Shown: piece by piece, positions 1 through 9,500 of the stretch | Layout: each line of letters opens with the position of its first letter | How positions within the stretch are numbered: the first letter of the stretch is position 1 | Source of the DNA: Clostridiales bacterium | GTDB lineage: Bacteria; Bacillota; Clostridia; Oscillospirales; CAG-272 | Length of the DNA stretch: 64,000 nt | NCBI GenBank assembly: GCA_022793655.1 | Contig: JAAWDG010000013.1 | Location: 128,230-192,229 of the forward strand | Direction of reading: 5' to 3' | Notes under the pieces: model-generated | What the model was told of the DNA's origin: nothing | Database searches by the model: none | What the model saw: only the letters and a program-made list of their open reading frames with translations | Translations under genes and position numbers: made by a program

Positions 1-44
1 GCCGGCTGACTGAAGAGAAACTGGCAGAAGAAAAAAAGGCGAAA

Positions 45-416
45 ATGCCTCGCATTAATGGAGAAATGGTGGCACTGACACCAGATGATGAAGGAACCTT
101 TATGGGTTATGTTACTGATCGGAAATGGAACGGGTGGGAGTGTCCGCTGTTCCCGAAATCCTCTGCAGATAAAATTATGGAATATATTAACAGCAGTGTC
201 GGCGATATGAACTATGATATCGAGAATGACAGCTACACCATGAAGTACTTTGAGGGCGAAGAGGTAGAATGTTTCGAGGGTGAGGACTATCTGATAAACG
301 GTAATATTGAGCGTCTCTATCCTATCGGCAGTTACTCATGGATATGGGAGCGGGAGCGTGCGCCGGAGGAAAATGAAAATATAGATGAAGATAACTCCCC
401 AATAATGGGAATGTAG
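45..416 (+). CDS. Hypothetical ICE protein (123 aa)
   Basis: ATG ORF co-oriented with the ICE genes. No domain recognised by eye. Confidence 0.5.
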   Translation: MPRINGEMVALTPDDEGTFMGYVTDRKWNGWECPLFPKSSADKIMEYINSSVGDMNYDIENDSYTMKYFEGEEVECFEGEDYLINGNIERLYPIGSYSWIWERERAPEENENIDEDNSPIMGM

Positions 417-550
417 GAGGACTGTGTTTTTGGAAATATCGTTTAAGATATCGGAGTCGCAGTAGGAACAGCTTCTGATATATGCTTCCGAAATAGAACT
501 CTCCGCAGAGGAAATCATCATAAGAGCAATTCAAAATTTTATTAAACGAG

Positions 551-1108
551 GTGAGAATATTGTCTGAAGAAATGAAAGGCATTACAGTAAAAATTGACGC
601 TGAACTTCATGCAGAGGTACGGCAATATTTAGAAGAACACAGTATGACAATGGCAGAGTTCGTTGCGCAGGCTTTGTACAACGAGCTTCATCCAAAATAT
701 CAAACGAAGGAGCAAAACAATATGGAAAACATGAGAACTGTAGCGTTTCAGGTCCCAGAGGATCTGTTTCAGAAAATTAAGGATTATTTGCGGCGCAACA
801 ATATGTCGCAGAAGCAGTTTATTCTCGGTCTGATTGAAGACGAGCTGGAGCGAGAACAAGCCGAGTGTGAGCGCCTATCGGCGGATTGTGAAGACTTTGC
901 GGCAGAGGACGAGGAAGTAACCGCTGAGGAAGAAACGACCGCTACAGACGATTTTGAGGCGGGTTGTGAGGACAACAAGGATGAAGAACGAGTTGACGAG
1001 AATGAAGACACAGAATACTCCGATGACTTCGAAGATGAGGACGAATCCCTTGACGAATCGGATGATGAAGATGAAGACGAGGATGCCGGATTTTGTATGA
1101 AGATGTGA
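551..1108 (+). CDS. Tandem ribbon-helix-helix-like protein with a polyacidic C-terminal tail
   Basis: Two RHH-like segments (ITVKIDAELHAEVRQYLEEHSMTMAEFV and VAFQVPEDLFQKIKDYLRRNNMSQKQFILGLI) followed by a ~70-aa D/E-rich tail. The start is GTG 551 or ATG 572. Confidence 0.55.
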   Translation: MRILSEEMKGITVKIDAELHAEVRQYLEEHSMTMAEFVAQALYNELHPKYQTKEQNNMENMRTVAFQVPEDLFQKIKDYLRRNNMSQKQFILGLIEDELEREQAECERLSADCEDFAAEDEEVTAEEETTATDDFEAGCEDNKDEERVDENEDTEYSDDFEDEDESLDESDDEDEDEDAGFCMKM

Positions 1109-1199
1109 GGTGATACGGGCAACGCAATTAGCGTACCCGTCATTTCTGCTATCGGGCAGAAAATCAAAAAAATTTTTAAAGAAATAGAGATGAACAATC

Positions 1200-2732
1200 A
1201 TGCCAAAACAAATGACTGTTGAAATAATGAATGAACATCCCGGACCAGACGGCATATTTTATGCCAATCTGGATTTACCGGCAATGGATTACGAAATCCA
1301 CGATGTTTCGCAGAGATTGCGAGGCATTTGGCAAAAAAACAGAGTTCGTGAAGCTTCCGTTTTGAACTGCAGTCTTTTCCCGTCGCTTGTGGGCGTGCGG
1401 ATGGGTTCTCCGACACTTGACGAGCTGAACTTTTTCGCAAAAAGACTGGATAGCCTAAGTGAGGAAGAACAACTTGTGTTTCGCGCTGCAAGCCAACACT
1501 TCCTTCCTGACAATCCCAAAGGTGAATTTGTTAGCATAAAAGACCTTATCAACTGCACCTACGGACTGGATCAGGTAATGATCGCCTCGAATGTGGCAAA
1601 CGATGAGCAACTTGGTCAGTTCGTTATCGAAAACAATCTTCATGAGGATGTCGCAGACGTCCCCGACAACGCCCGGTATTTGCTGGATAAAAATCTGATC
1701 GGAAAGATACAGAGGGGAAATGACAGTGGCATATTCATAGACGGTTTCTATGTAGCAGTTGGAGATTATGAATTGCCGGAGACTTACAATGGCAGAATAC
1801 TGCCGGAAAAGATGGAAACGACAGAGTATATTTTTAGACTGCGTCTCAGCGGGAATGAAACCGACGATCCGCATGATCAGCAGGAATGGATTAACCTACC
1901 TTTAACGGGAGCGCGAATGAAAGCGTTTAAAGAAGCGCATGGCAAGCGAGATATTACTGATTTTTACTGCCACGCGTTTTTATCTGTCATCCCGCAGCTT
2001 CAATTTCTTACAATTTCACATTTGCAGGATTTCGATATGCTCAATACCCTTGCGCAACGCATAGCGGAGATGGATTCTCTTGATCATATCATATTTAAAT
2101 CGGCGCTGTTTGCCGAGCAGACGGATAACGTCTCCGATGCAATGGATATTGCAGCACACCTGCATGAGTATGAAATATCCTACGCCAATTCCGCTGGTTC
2201 TTTTTTCAAAGATTATCTGTCCAATTTTATGATCAATGAGTTTGACTGCGTATGGCTGAATACCCTGTCAGCACAGAATGGGGGGAAGCGGTTGCTCGAA
2301 CGGATTGGCGCAACAGAAACGCCTTACGGAATAATCTCCACAAGAGGCTGTTCGCTGTATGATCCGATCTCATATGACGAGTCAGAACTGACCTTACAGG
2401 ATATGACCGATGAAAAGCTGGATGTGATTGAAGTTCTTGACCGAAAGGCACTGTTTGCAAACGGCAGACTGCTGCCCGAAGAAATCCCAGAAGGACTGTA
2501 CGCCTATAATCTCCGGGAAAGCGATAACGGCAACCGCTTTATCTCTATTGAACCGAAGGTCGGTGTCAACCACGGCGGTACCGTACTCATGAAGGAGATA
2601 CTCGACTTCGGTGAAAGCGGGTTTATTGAATTCGATGAGGACAACGAGCCAAACTTTCTCGGTTATACCATGACGCCGCAGGAATTTGCAAATGAGGAAC
2701 AGAATCAAGGATTCGGAGGGGTGCGCCTATGA
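1200..2732 (+). CDS. ArdA-like antirestriction protein with two ArdA-like modules (510 aa)
   Basis: TLDELNFFAKRLDSLSEEEQLVFRAASQHF and DEQLGQFVIENNLHEDV...IFIDGFYV resemble the ArdA motif order (ELNRL..L.EE.., then an Y.IE..G segment). A second similar module lies at MLNTLAQRIAEMDSLDHIIFKSALFAEQ. Family assignment is from memory only. Confidence 0.45.
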   Translation: MPKQMTVEIMNEHPGPDGIFYANLDLPAMDYEIHDVSQRLRGIWQKNRVREASVLNCSLFPSLVGVRMGSPTLDELNFFAKRLDSLSEEEQLVFRAASQHFLPDNPKGEFVSIKDLINCTYGLDQVMIASNVANDEQLGQFVIENNLHEDVADVPDNARYLLDKNLIGKIQRGNDSGIFIDGFYVAVGDYELPETYNGRILPEKMETTEYIFRLRLSGNETDDPHDQQEWINLPLTGARMKAFKEAHGKRDITDFYCHAFLSVIPQLQFLTISHLQDFDMLNTLAQRIAEMDSLDHIIFKSALFAEQTDNVSDAMDIAAHLHEYEISYANSAGSFFKDYLSNFMINEFDCVWLNTLSAQNGGKRLLERIGATETPYGIISTRGCSLYDPISYDESELTLQDMTDEKLDVIEVLDRKALFANGRLLPEEIPEGLYAYNLRESDNGNRFISIEPKVGVNHGGTVLMKEILDFGESGFIEFDEDNEPNFLGYTMTPQEFANEEQNQGFGGVRL

Positions 2733-3023
2733 GTAACAAAGCAATAATCACAGATGATCTTCGGGAAATGAAGGGATGGTGATCACGTGACGGGGTTTCA
2801 TCTGCCCACTTGTGTGGGCGTTGCTCGGCGGGTGCGCTGAAAAAACACTACTCTGCTGTAGGCAGATAAACCGCATTAACTGCTATAAACAGGAAGTCCG
2901 CAAACTACAAAGGCAAACTGAACGAAATTTCATTAACAAGATCGATATTAATCGCTTTGAGAAACGATTGGTATCGGTCTTTTTTGTTTCCGGGGCGATT
3001 GATCCGGTTATCAATCAAAGGAG

Positions 3024-4016
3024 ATGATGACTATCAAGACCCCTGTAAGCTGGCTGGGCAACAAGACATCCATCCTGCATATCCTTTATTCGCTATTTCC
3101 AGTAAGCTACGGACGGTATATCGAACCCTTCGGCGGCTCTGGAGCTGTCCTCTTAGGCAAGCCTGTCCCCGACAAGTTTGAAATATACAACGATTACAAT
3201 GCAAACCTTGTCAATCTTTTTCGCTGTATGCGGGACAGACCGCTGGAATTTATTCGAGAACTCGGCTTCCTAAATCTGAACGCCAGGGACGATTTTGTGG
3301 CGCTGAAGCATTTTTTTAAGCATGAAGAATTTACCGACGAATTTCTGCACCAGGAACTGGAACTGACAAGTATTCTGCTCCCTGAACTGCAGGCTGCCGA
3401 GTTGTGTGAACTGTATCGAAAGGCGAAAGAAGATCACGACCTGCGTCGGGCTGTCATGTTCTTAAAGCTTATTCGATACAGCTATTCCAGTGGCGGTAAA
3501 TCCTATGTCTGCCAGCCCTTTAATGTGGCGAATTTGTTCTCGCTCATTGAGCAGTTTGGAAAACGAATGGCAAATGTTGTTGTTGAAAATCAGGATTTTG
3601 AGATGCTGATCCGGCACTACGACCGCAGCGATGCTTTCATCTACTGCGATCCCCCATATTTCAAGAGTGAGTACGTGTACAAGTGCGGCTTCACATGGGA
3701 TGATCATTTGCGGCTGAAACATGTTCTTGGGGAAGCTAAAGGCAAATGGCTTGTATCCTACAACGACTGTGCGGAAATCCGTGAATTGTATCGGAACTAT
3801 AACCAATTCGGATTTACACGTGTTCACAACATGGTACAAAAATATGAAGTGGGCAAGGAGTTTCCCGAGCTGCTCATCGGCAACTACGACTTTTATGAAC
3901 GAGAACAGCAGAATGCAAGGCAGCTCACAGTTTTTGAAATGGAAAATGAGCTGAGTCCCAAAGAAACTGAAAAAATCTTAAAGGAGTGTATCATTCAATG
4001 CAAGATAAGAAGATAA
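3024..4016 (+). CDS. Orphan N6-adenine DNA methyltransferase (Dam / D12 class)
   Basis: SAM-binding motif EPFGGSGAV and catalytic DPPY (IYCDPPYFKSEY). RBS aaaggag. No restriction-endonuclease partner is adjacent. Confidence 0.85.
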   Translation: MMTIKTPVSWLGNKTSILHILYSLFPVSYGRYIEPFGGSGAVLLGKPVPDKFEIYNDYNANLVNLFRCMRDRPLEFIRELGFLNLNARDDFVALKHFFKHEEFTDEFLHQELELTSILLPELQAAELCELYRKAKEDHDLRRAVMFLKLIRYSYSSGGKSYVCQPFNVANLFSLIEQFGKRMANVVVENQDFEMLIRHYDRSDAFIYCDPPYFKSEYVYKCGFTWDDHLRLKHVLGEAKGKWLVSYNDCAEIRELYRNYNQFGFTRVHNMVQKYEVGKEFPELLIGNYDFYEREQQNARQLTVFEMENELSPKETEKILKECIIQCKIRR

Positions 4017-4261
4017 GAACAGAAATGGCGCTGCTGTCCGTGCCGCTTGAACTGCTGTCCGAGGCTGGTATTATAACAGATGGCATTTTGGAAATGTACA
4101 CAGATGGAAATTGTCTTGTCATTCAGAATGCGGACGCTCATGGTGAATTTGTCTGCGACGGCAGCTGCGTAAACTGCCCCATGAGCGAGATTGACTGTAC
4201 AGGCGATTGTGAAGGCTGCCCATGTAGTGAGAATTGCGATGATGAAGAGGTAGACATATGA
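3998..4261 (+). CDS. AbrB/SpoVT-like protein with a cysteine-rich tail (87 aa)
   Basis: The N-terminal part (LLSVPLELLSEAGIITDGILEMYTDGNCLVI) looks like a swapped-hairpin fold. The tail CDGSCVNCPMSEIDCTGDCEGCPCSENC carries 9 Cys in 28 residues. SD aaggag lies 11 nt upstream, and the ORF overlaps the methylase 3' end. Confidence 0.6.
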   Translation: MQDKKIRTEMALLSVPLELLSEAGIITDGILEMYTDGNCLVIQNADAHGEFVCDGSCVNCPMSEIDCTGDCEGCPCSENCDDEEVDI

Positions 4262-4572
4262 ATACCATGTACCGAATCTTAGGCAAACGGGGCCGCATCA
4301 CGATCCCTTTTGAAATACGCCAACGAGTGGGCTTTTCCTGTAACGATGTGCTGTCCTTCGCCGAAGCAGCGGACGGTATAAGCGTAATCATTAAACGAGA
4401 AAAAATCTGCGACAACTGTAAAGGAACGAATTTTCCCGTCCGGTGCGATGACGAGATGACGCTCCTTGATTTTCTCAATGGTCTTTCAGAAGCCGAACAG
4501 CGTGCGGCACTCATTCATTTGTCAGTCAAATGGGCAGAAAAGCAAGAAGGTAATCTCAATGGCAGAGCATAA
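4258..4572 (+). CDS. AbrB/MazE/SpoVT-family DNA-binding protein (104 aa)
   Basis: N-terminus YRILGKRGRITIPFEIRQRVGF is a typical AbrB-fold motif. The start overlaps the previous stop (ATGA). Confidence 0.65.
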   Translation: MNTMYRILGKRGRITIPFEIRQRVGFSCNDVLSFAEAADGISVIIKREKICDNCKGTNFPVRCDDEMTLLDFLNGLSEAEQRAALIHLSVKWAEKQEGNLNGRA

Positions 4573-5284
4573 ACCACTTTACCGTTGGTCATTGGATAAT
4601 GCTATTCATAATAATGAGCGTGACTTGTGGCGTGACAGCTACAAAGAAAATTGCGACTGTGCAAGAGCCATCAGCCAAACAATCTCAGAAGCTTATGATC
4701 ATGACACCTTGCATTTGAACGATTGTGCGAAGCTGATGATTGAAAAATACGGATTTAACCGTGTCAACTATGTTTTAGCAAATACGATTCAGTTATCTCA
4801 CAATGACAGGCGGTATTCAGAGACTAACCGAGTATGGGCAAGAGGGTTTCATATTCCTTATGATAAACAGCGCCATGATTTTGTCGTAACTGCCCATCCG
4901 GGATTGACGGATATTTTTACGAGGCAAGTTCTCTGTGAATGGCGGGCACTCGGCTTGTTCGATGTCTCTCATTGCGAGGAAAACGATTCGGAACAGGACT
5001 ACACCGGCAAGGTTGTAGTGATTCGTCCGGAATTTCTAAAGGATGAATATAAAACGCCGGAGGATCAGCTGTTCTATATCAGCGGCGGTAACGGAGCAAG
5101 ACCAGGCGCCATCGGAAGAAAAGTATATGGAGAGTTTCTCAAGGACAGTGAAAAAACACACTATTTCCGTGATGAGATTATCGGTGTGCTAAAAGAAGAA
5201 TATCTGCCTGAATGGGCGGCTGCAAAGCTCGCTAACAAACAAGAGCCGAAGGAAGATGAAAGCTCCGGCATGACCATACAATAA
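4559..5284 (+). CDS. Conserved conjugative-element protein (possibly DUF3849-like), 241 aa
   Basis: ATG at 4559 overlaps the end of the previous gene. The family name is recalled from memory and is low confidence. Confidence 0.45.
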   Translation: MAEHKPLYRWSLDNAIHNNERDLWRDSYKENCDCARAISQTISEAYDHDTLHLNDCAKLMIEKYGFNRVNYVLANTIQLSHNDRRYSETNRVWARGFHIPYDKQRHDFVVTAHPGLTDIFTRQVLCEWRALGLFDVSHCEENDSEQDYTGKVVVIRPEFLKDEYKTPEDQLFYISGGNGARPGAIGRKVYGEFLKDSEKTHYFRDEIIGVLKEEYLPEWAAAKLANKQEPKEDESSGMTIQ

Positions 5285-5299
5285 GGGAAGGAGTAATTT

Positions 5300-5689
5300 A
5301 TGGAAGCAACCAAGAAAGACTCTGCGCCTAAAGCGGCAAAGAAAAAGAACACTCCCTCTATCCAAGTGCGGATAAACAGGATTTGTGATTATGAGGGTAG
5401 CAACATCCGTGCTTTCGCCAGCGCCAATATTGGTGGTGCATTCGCCATTCATGGCATCCGTGTGCTGGATTCGCAGAAAGGCTTATTCGTCTCTATGCCG
5501 CAGAGCAGCTACAAGGATTCGAATGGCAATAAAAAATACAGTGAAATCTTTCATGCTGTAACCGCTGAGGCGAGAAATGAGTTGAACGATAAGGTGCTTG
5601 CTGCCTATGAACAGGCGCAAAGTAAAGTGCAAGACGAAGCAGAAGCCGAACCAGAGAATAAGGAAAACAGCATGGAACCGAGTCTGTGA
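5300..5689 (+). CDS. SpoVG-like nucleic-acid-binding protein
   Basis: IRAFASANIGGAFAIHGIRVLDSQKGLFVSMPQ...FHAVTAEARNELNDKVLAAY matches the SpoVG core pattern (..A.asitld..f.ihdirvi.g..GlFVaMP....hpi....r..i...v...y). Strong RBS ggaaggag. Confidence 0.7.
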   Translation: MEATKKDSAPKAAKKKNTPSIQVRINRICDYEGSNIRAFASANIGGAFAIHGIRVLDSQKGLFVSMPQSSYKDSNGNKKYSEIFHAVTAEARNELNDKVLAAYEQAQSKVQDEAEAEPENKENSMEPSL

Positions 5690-5770
5690 CTTTTTTGATA
5701 AATTCGTAAAAAAGGTCTGGACTTTTGAGATTTTAGTGGTATTGTTGTGTTGTGAAGGACGGTGTCAACT

Positions 5771-6463
5771 ATGAAAAATAAAATACTATCTGCGATCCTT
5801 TTCGGACTACTGCTCATAACAAGCCTTACAGGATGTGTTTCCACACCGCCGATTGAATCGAAAGGCGAAGCAAAAGGCACGGTATCGGCAGGTGCAACAT
5901 CGGTTACTGAAACAAGCGATATTAAAAATGCTGAATCTGTCCCACAGACCGACGAACAAGAAGCCGCTACTCAATCCGATCCCGCCGAAACACAGCAACC
6001 AGCAGAAAAAATAAAATCCGAAATGCCTACGCAGCAAAGTGAAAAACTTGTAATGCAGGAATCTCAAAAAACTGCGGAACAGCCGAAGCCGATTAAAGAA
6101 TCAGAAGCAACTGCGCCTGTGCGGACTGAACCTTTTATACAAACTGAACCGGAGACTGAGCCTACGAAACTGAGTGAACCTACCGAGACGGAATCTCAGC
6201 AGCCTGCAGAATCGGCATTCAACATAGCCTATTGGGTATCCTACGCCAAAAATTATGCGGTAGGTATTGGCTTGGAACTTGACAGCGAAGCAGTATCCTG
6301 TTGGGATAATCCAATCAGAGCACATGCAAGATGCACTTACCTTGAGCGAGATATTCAAGACAGACTCAATTTTTATGTACAGAGTGGGGATATCACATGT
6401 GTGTGGATTTGGGCAGAGCCTCTTGGGAACGAACAATATGATATCTTTATTGGATACGCTTAA
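5771..6463 (+). CDS. Lipoprotein with a P/E/T/Q-rich linker (230 aa)
   Basis: Signal peptide plus lipobox LLITSLTGC, a low-complexity linker, then a globular C-terminal domain. Confidence 0.65.
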   Translation: MKNKILSAILFGLLLITSLTGCVSTPPIESKGEAKGTVSAGATSVTETSDIKNAESVPQTDEQEAATQSDPAETQQPAEKIKSEMPTQQSEKLVMQESQKTAEQPKPIKESEATAPVRTEPFIQTEPETEPTKLSEPTETESQQPAESAFNIAYWVSYAKNYAVGIGLELDSEAVSCWDNPIRAHARCTYLERDIQDRLNFYVQSGDITCVWIWAEPLGNEQYDIFIGYA

Positions 6464-6540
6464 ACAAAAAATAAAACTTGCCTAAAGGCACATCGTAAAT
6501 CGATGTGCCTTTTATTTATGTAAAAAGGAGATATGCTCAA

Positions 6541-9500
6541 ATGAATTTTAAAAGAAGCATAGCGGTAGTATTGACTTTTATATTGTGCCTTTCTACCTTG
6601 ACCGGATTGGGGAAAAACGCCTCTGCCGCCGGAGAAGAAGATCAGGCATTATTGATTGGTTTTCCGCGCGCGGGAGATGCAAATCCTGAAAATTGGGTAC
6701 ACGGAGAACTCCATTTCATGAATGGCTGGGTATCGCCGGAAGTGCGGAAGTATTCTGTTTACACCATCGGCTCCTATACCGGAAATATTTGCTATTGTAT
6801 TGAGCCGGGTACTCCGCTTAGCCCCGGCGATTCATTCACACAAAATAAGGACGAGTCCTTTTGGGACAACTATCCGTCCGATTACAATCATACCATTCGC
6901 GCGGATATGATTAAGATTTTTATAGGAAGAATTCTGCAGTATGGCTACACAGGCACTGTATCACCATACTGGGTATCGCAGAATCCCGAAGAAGCAAATT
7001 GCATAGCGGAAGTGATTGCGACACAACTGCTCATATGGGAAACGATTGTGGGAGAACGGGACAGCGATTTCAACCATGTCAGTTCAGGTGAGTATGATGC
7101 GGTGTTGGACTGTATCTCGGATGCCCATCCTCTCCGTAACAAAATTTTAGGCTACTATAACAGCATTGCGGCAAGCGTACAGAGCCATGGCAAAGTCCCT
7201 TCTTTTTGTACGAGAAGTACGGGAGCGAAAGTTTACGAGTTGGAGTGGAATGGCAGCGAATACACAACAACACTGACTGATTCCAACAATGTACTCGGCA
7301 ATTATACCTTTTCTGCTGACAATGCCAATGTGAAGTGCAGTGTCAAAGGAAATCAATTGACGCTGACTGCGTCCTCCGCACCGAGTGCTCCGATAACCAT
7401 AACAGCAAGCAAGACCACTGGATCAAGAAAAGGATTGATTGTATGGAGCGATGGCATTTATAAACCCAGCGAAGGGTTACAAGACCTTGTCAGTTATACC
7501 CAGTCAATCACTGACCCAGTATCAGGCTTTATAAAGGTCAAAGTTTCCTATGGTTCTGCTAAAATTGTAAAAACTTCTGAGGACGGTAAGGTAGATGGTG
7601 TGTCGTTCCATATACAAGGCAATGGTATAGATACAATCGTGCAAACGAAAAACGGCGGACAGATTCAGATCGACAACCTCACGCCTGGCGTCTATACCGT
7701 GACCGAGCTGACAGAAGAAAAATACGCGCCACAGGAAGTACGCCGTGTTACTGTAGTCAGCGGTCAGACGGCAACTGTTACTTTCAGCAATGTGTTAAAG
7801 CGCGGTGATCTCGCGGTTACCAAGACCAGCGAGGACGGACTCAGCGAGGGTGCAAAATTCCACCTCTACGGAACCTCGCTCTCCGGATTGGCTGTAGACG
7901 AGTACGCCGTTGCCGACAGCACAGGAGTTGCGACCTTTGAAGATGTCCTCATCGGAACTGGATATACTCTCGAAGAAATGGATACGGCGATCCGCTATGT
8001 CGTGCCCGAAAAGCAGGCCGCAGCCATTGAGTGGAATAAGGTGACGAACAAGTCCTTTGATAATATCCTCAAGAAATGGCAGATCACCGTCACCAAAAGT
8101 GATTCCGAAACCGGAACTGCACAAGGCAACGTTTCTCTCGGCGGGGCTGTCTATGGCATTTTTAAGGGCGATCAGCTCGTGGACACCTATACCACCGATA
8201 CAAATGGCCAGTTCATCACCAAGTTCTATATCTGTGATTCTGATTGGAGTTTGCGCGAACTGTCAGCCTCCGAAGGATATCTCGTAACTTCCGGCAGCGA
8301 GCATATCGGCGCTGAACCGAAACTCTATACAGTAGAGTACAACAGCACGGCGCTGGATGTTCTCGAAACCGTTCAAAAAGGCAAGATAGCTGTCATTAAG
8401 CACCGCGATGACGGCGAAACGCAGATTGAAACGCCCGAAGCAGGTGCTGAATTTGAGGTGTTCCTCAAATCCTCCGGCAGTTATGACGCCGCAAAGGATT
8501 CCGAGCGAGATATTCTCGTCTGTGATAAATTTGGATTTGCTGAAAGCAAAGATTTGCCGTACGGCATCTATACCGTCAAACAAACAAAAGGCTGGGAGGG
8601 CAACGAGCTGATGGAACCCTTCGATGTGTTTGTAAAAGAGGACGGCGAAATCTATCGCTACCTGATCAACAATGCCACCTTTGAAGCGCTCATTGAAATC
8701 GTGAAAAAGGATATCGAGACAGGCAAGGTGATTCCTGCATCCGGTATAGGCTTTAAGGTGCGAAACACCGATACTGGAAAGTATATCGTGCAGCATATCA
8801 ACTATCCAACGCCGGTGGATATTGACATCTACTATACCGATAGAAGCGGGAAACTTATGATGCCTGAAGCGCTCCCTTATGGAAATTACGAAATCATTGA
8901 GCAGAATACCTGTTACGGATATGTTCTTGACCCAAGTCCCGTCCCCTTCACAGTAGACGGCAGCAAGACAACTATCACAGTAGAAAAATACAATATCGCG
9001 CAAAAAGGCACAATTACCGTAACCAAGACTGGCGAAGTGTTCGCCTCTGTGGTCGAATCGGGCGAAATCTATCAGCCTGTGTATTCGGTGCAGGGGCTTG
9101 CAGGTGCAGTTTATGAAGTAAGTGCCGCTGAAGATGTTTCTACCTTAGACGGCACACTCCGATACAGCAAAGGCGAAGTTGTGGCGATGATTGAGACTGA
9201 CAGCACAGGGATAGCGACCACAGAACCACTGTATCTCGGAAAATTCGATGTGCGGGAAATCAAAGCGCCTGATGGCATGCTTGTCAGCGATGAAGTGCAT
9301 TCTGTCGAACTGACCTACTCCGGACAGGAGGTTGAAATCACAGAAACGGAGACAGCATTCTATAACGAGCGCCAGCGTGTGCAGATTGATCTTGCTAAGA
9401 TCATGGTGCAGGATGAAAAATTTGAGATTGGCATGAATGGCGAAATCCTCTCTGTGCAGTTCGGACTGTTCGCTGCCGAGGATTTGACCGCCGCAGACGG

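Noticed and set aside
8263-9003. Long antisense ORFs inside real genes (8263..9003 -, 12150..12740 -, 17175..17972 -, 33618..34229 -, 15974..16651 + and others).
   Set aside because: They lie opposite to, or out of frame with, genes that have strong motif support. They lack an SD and have biased, low-complexity composition.
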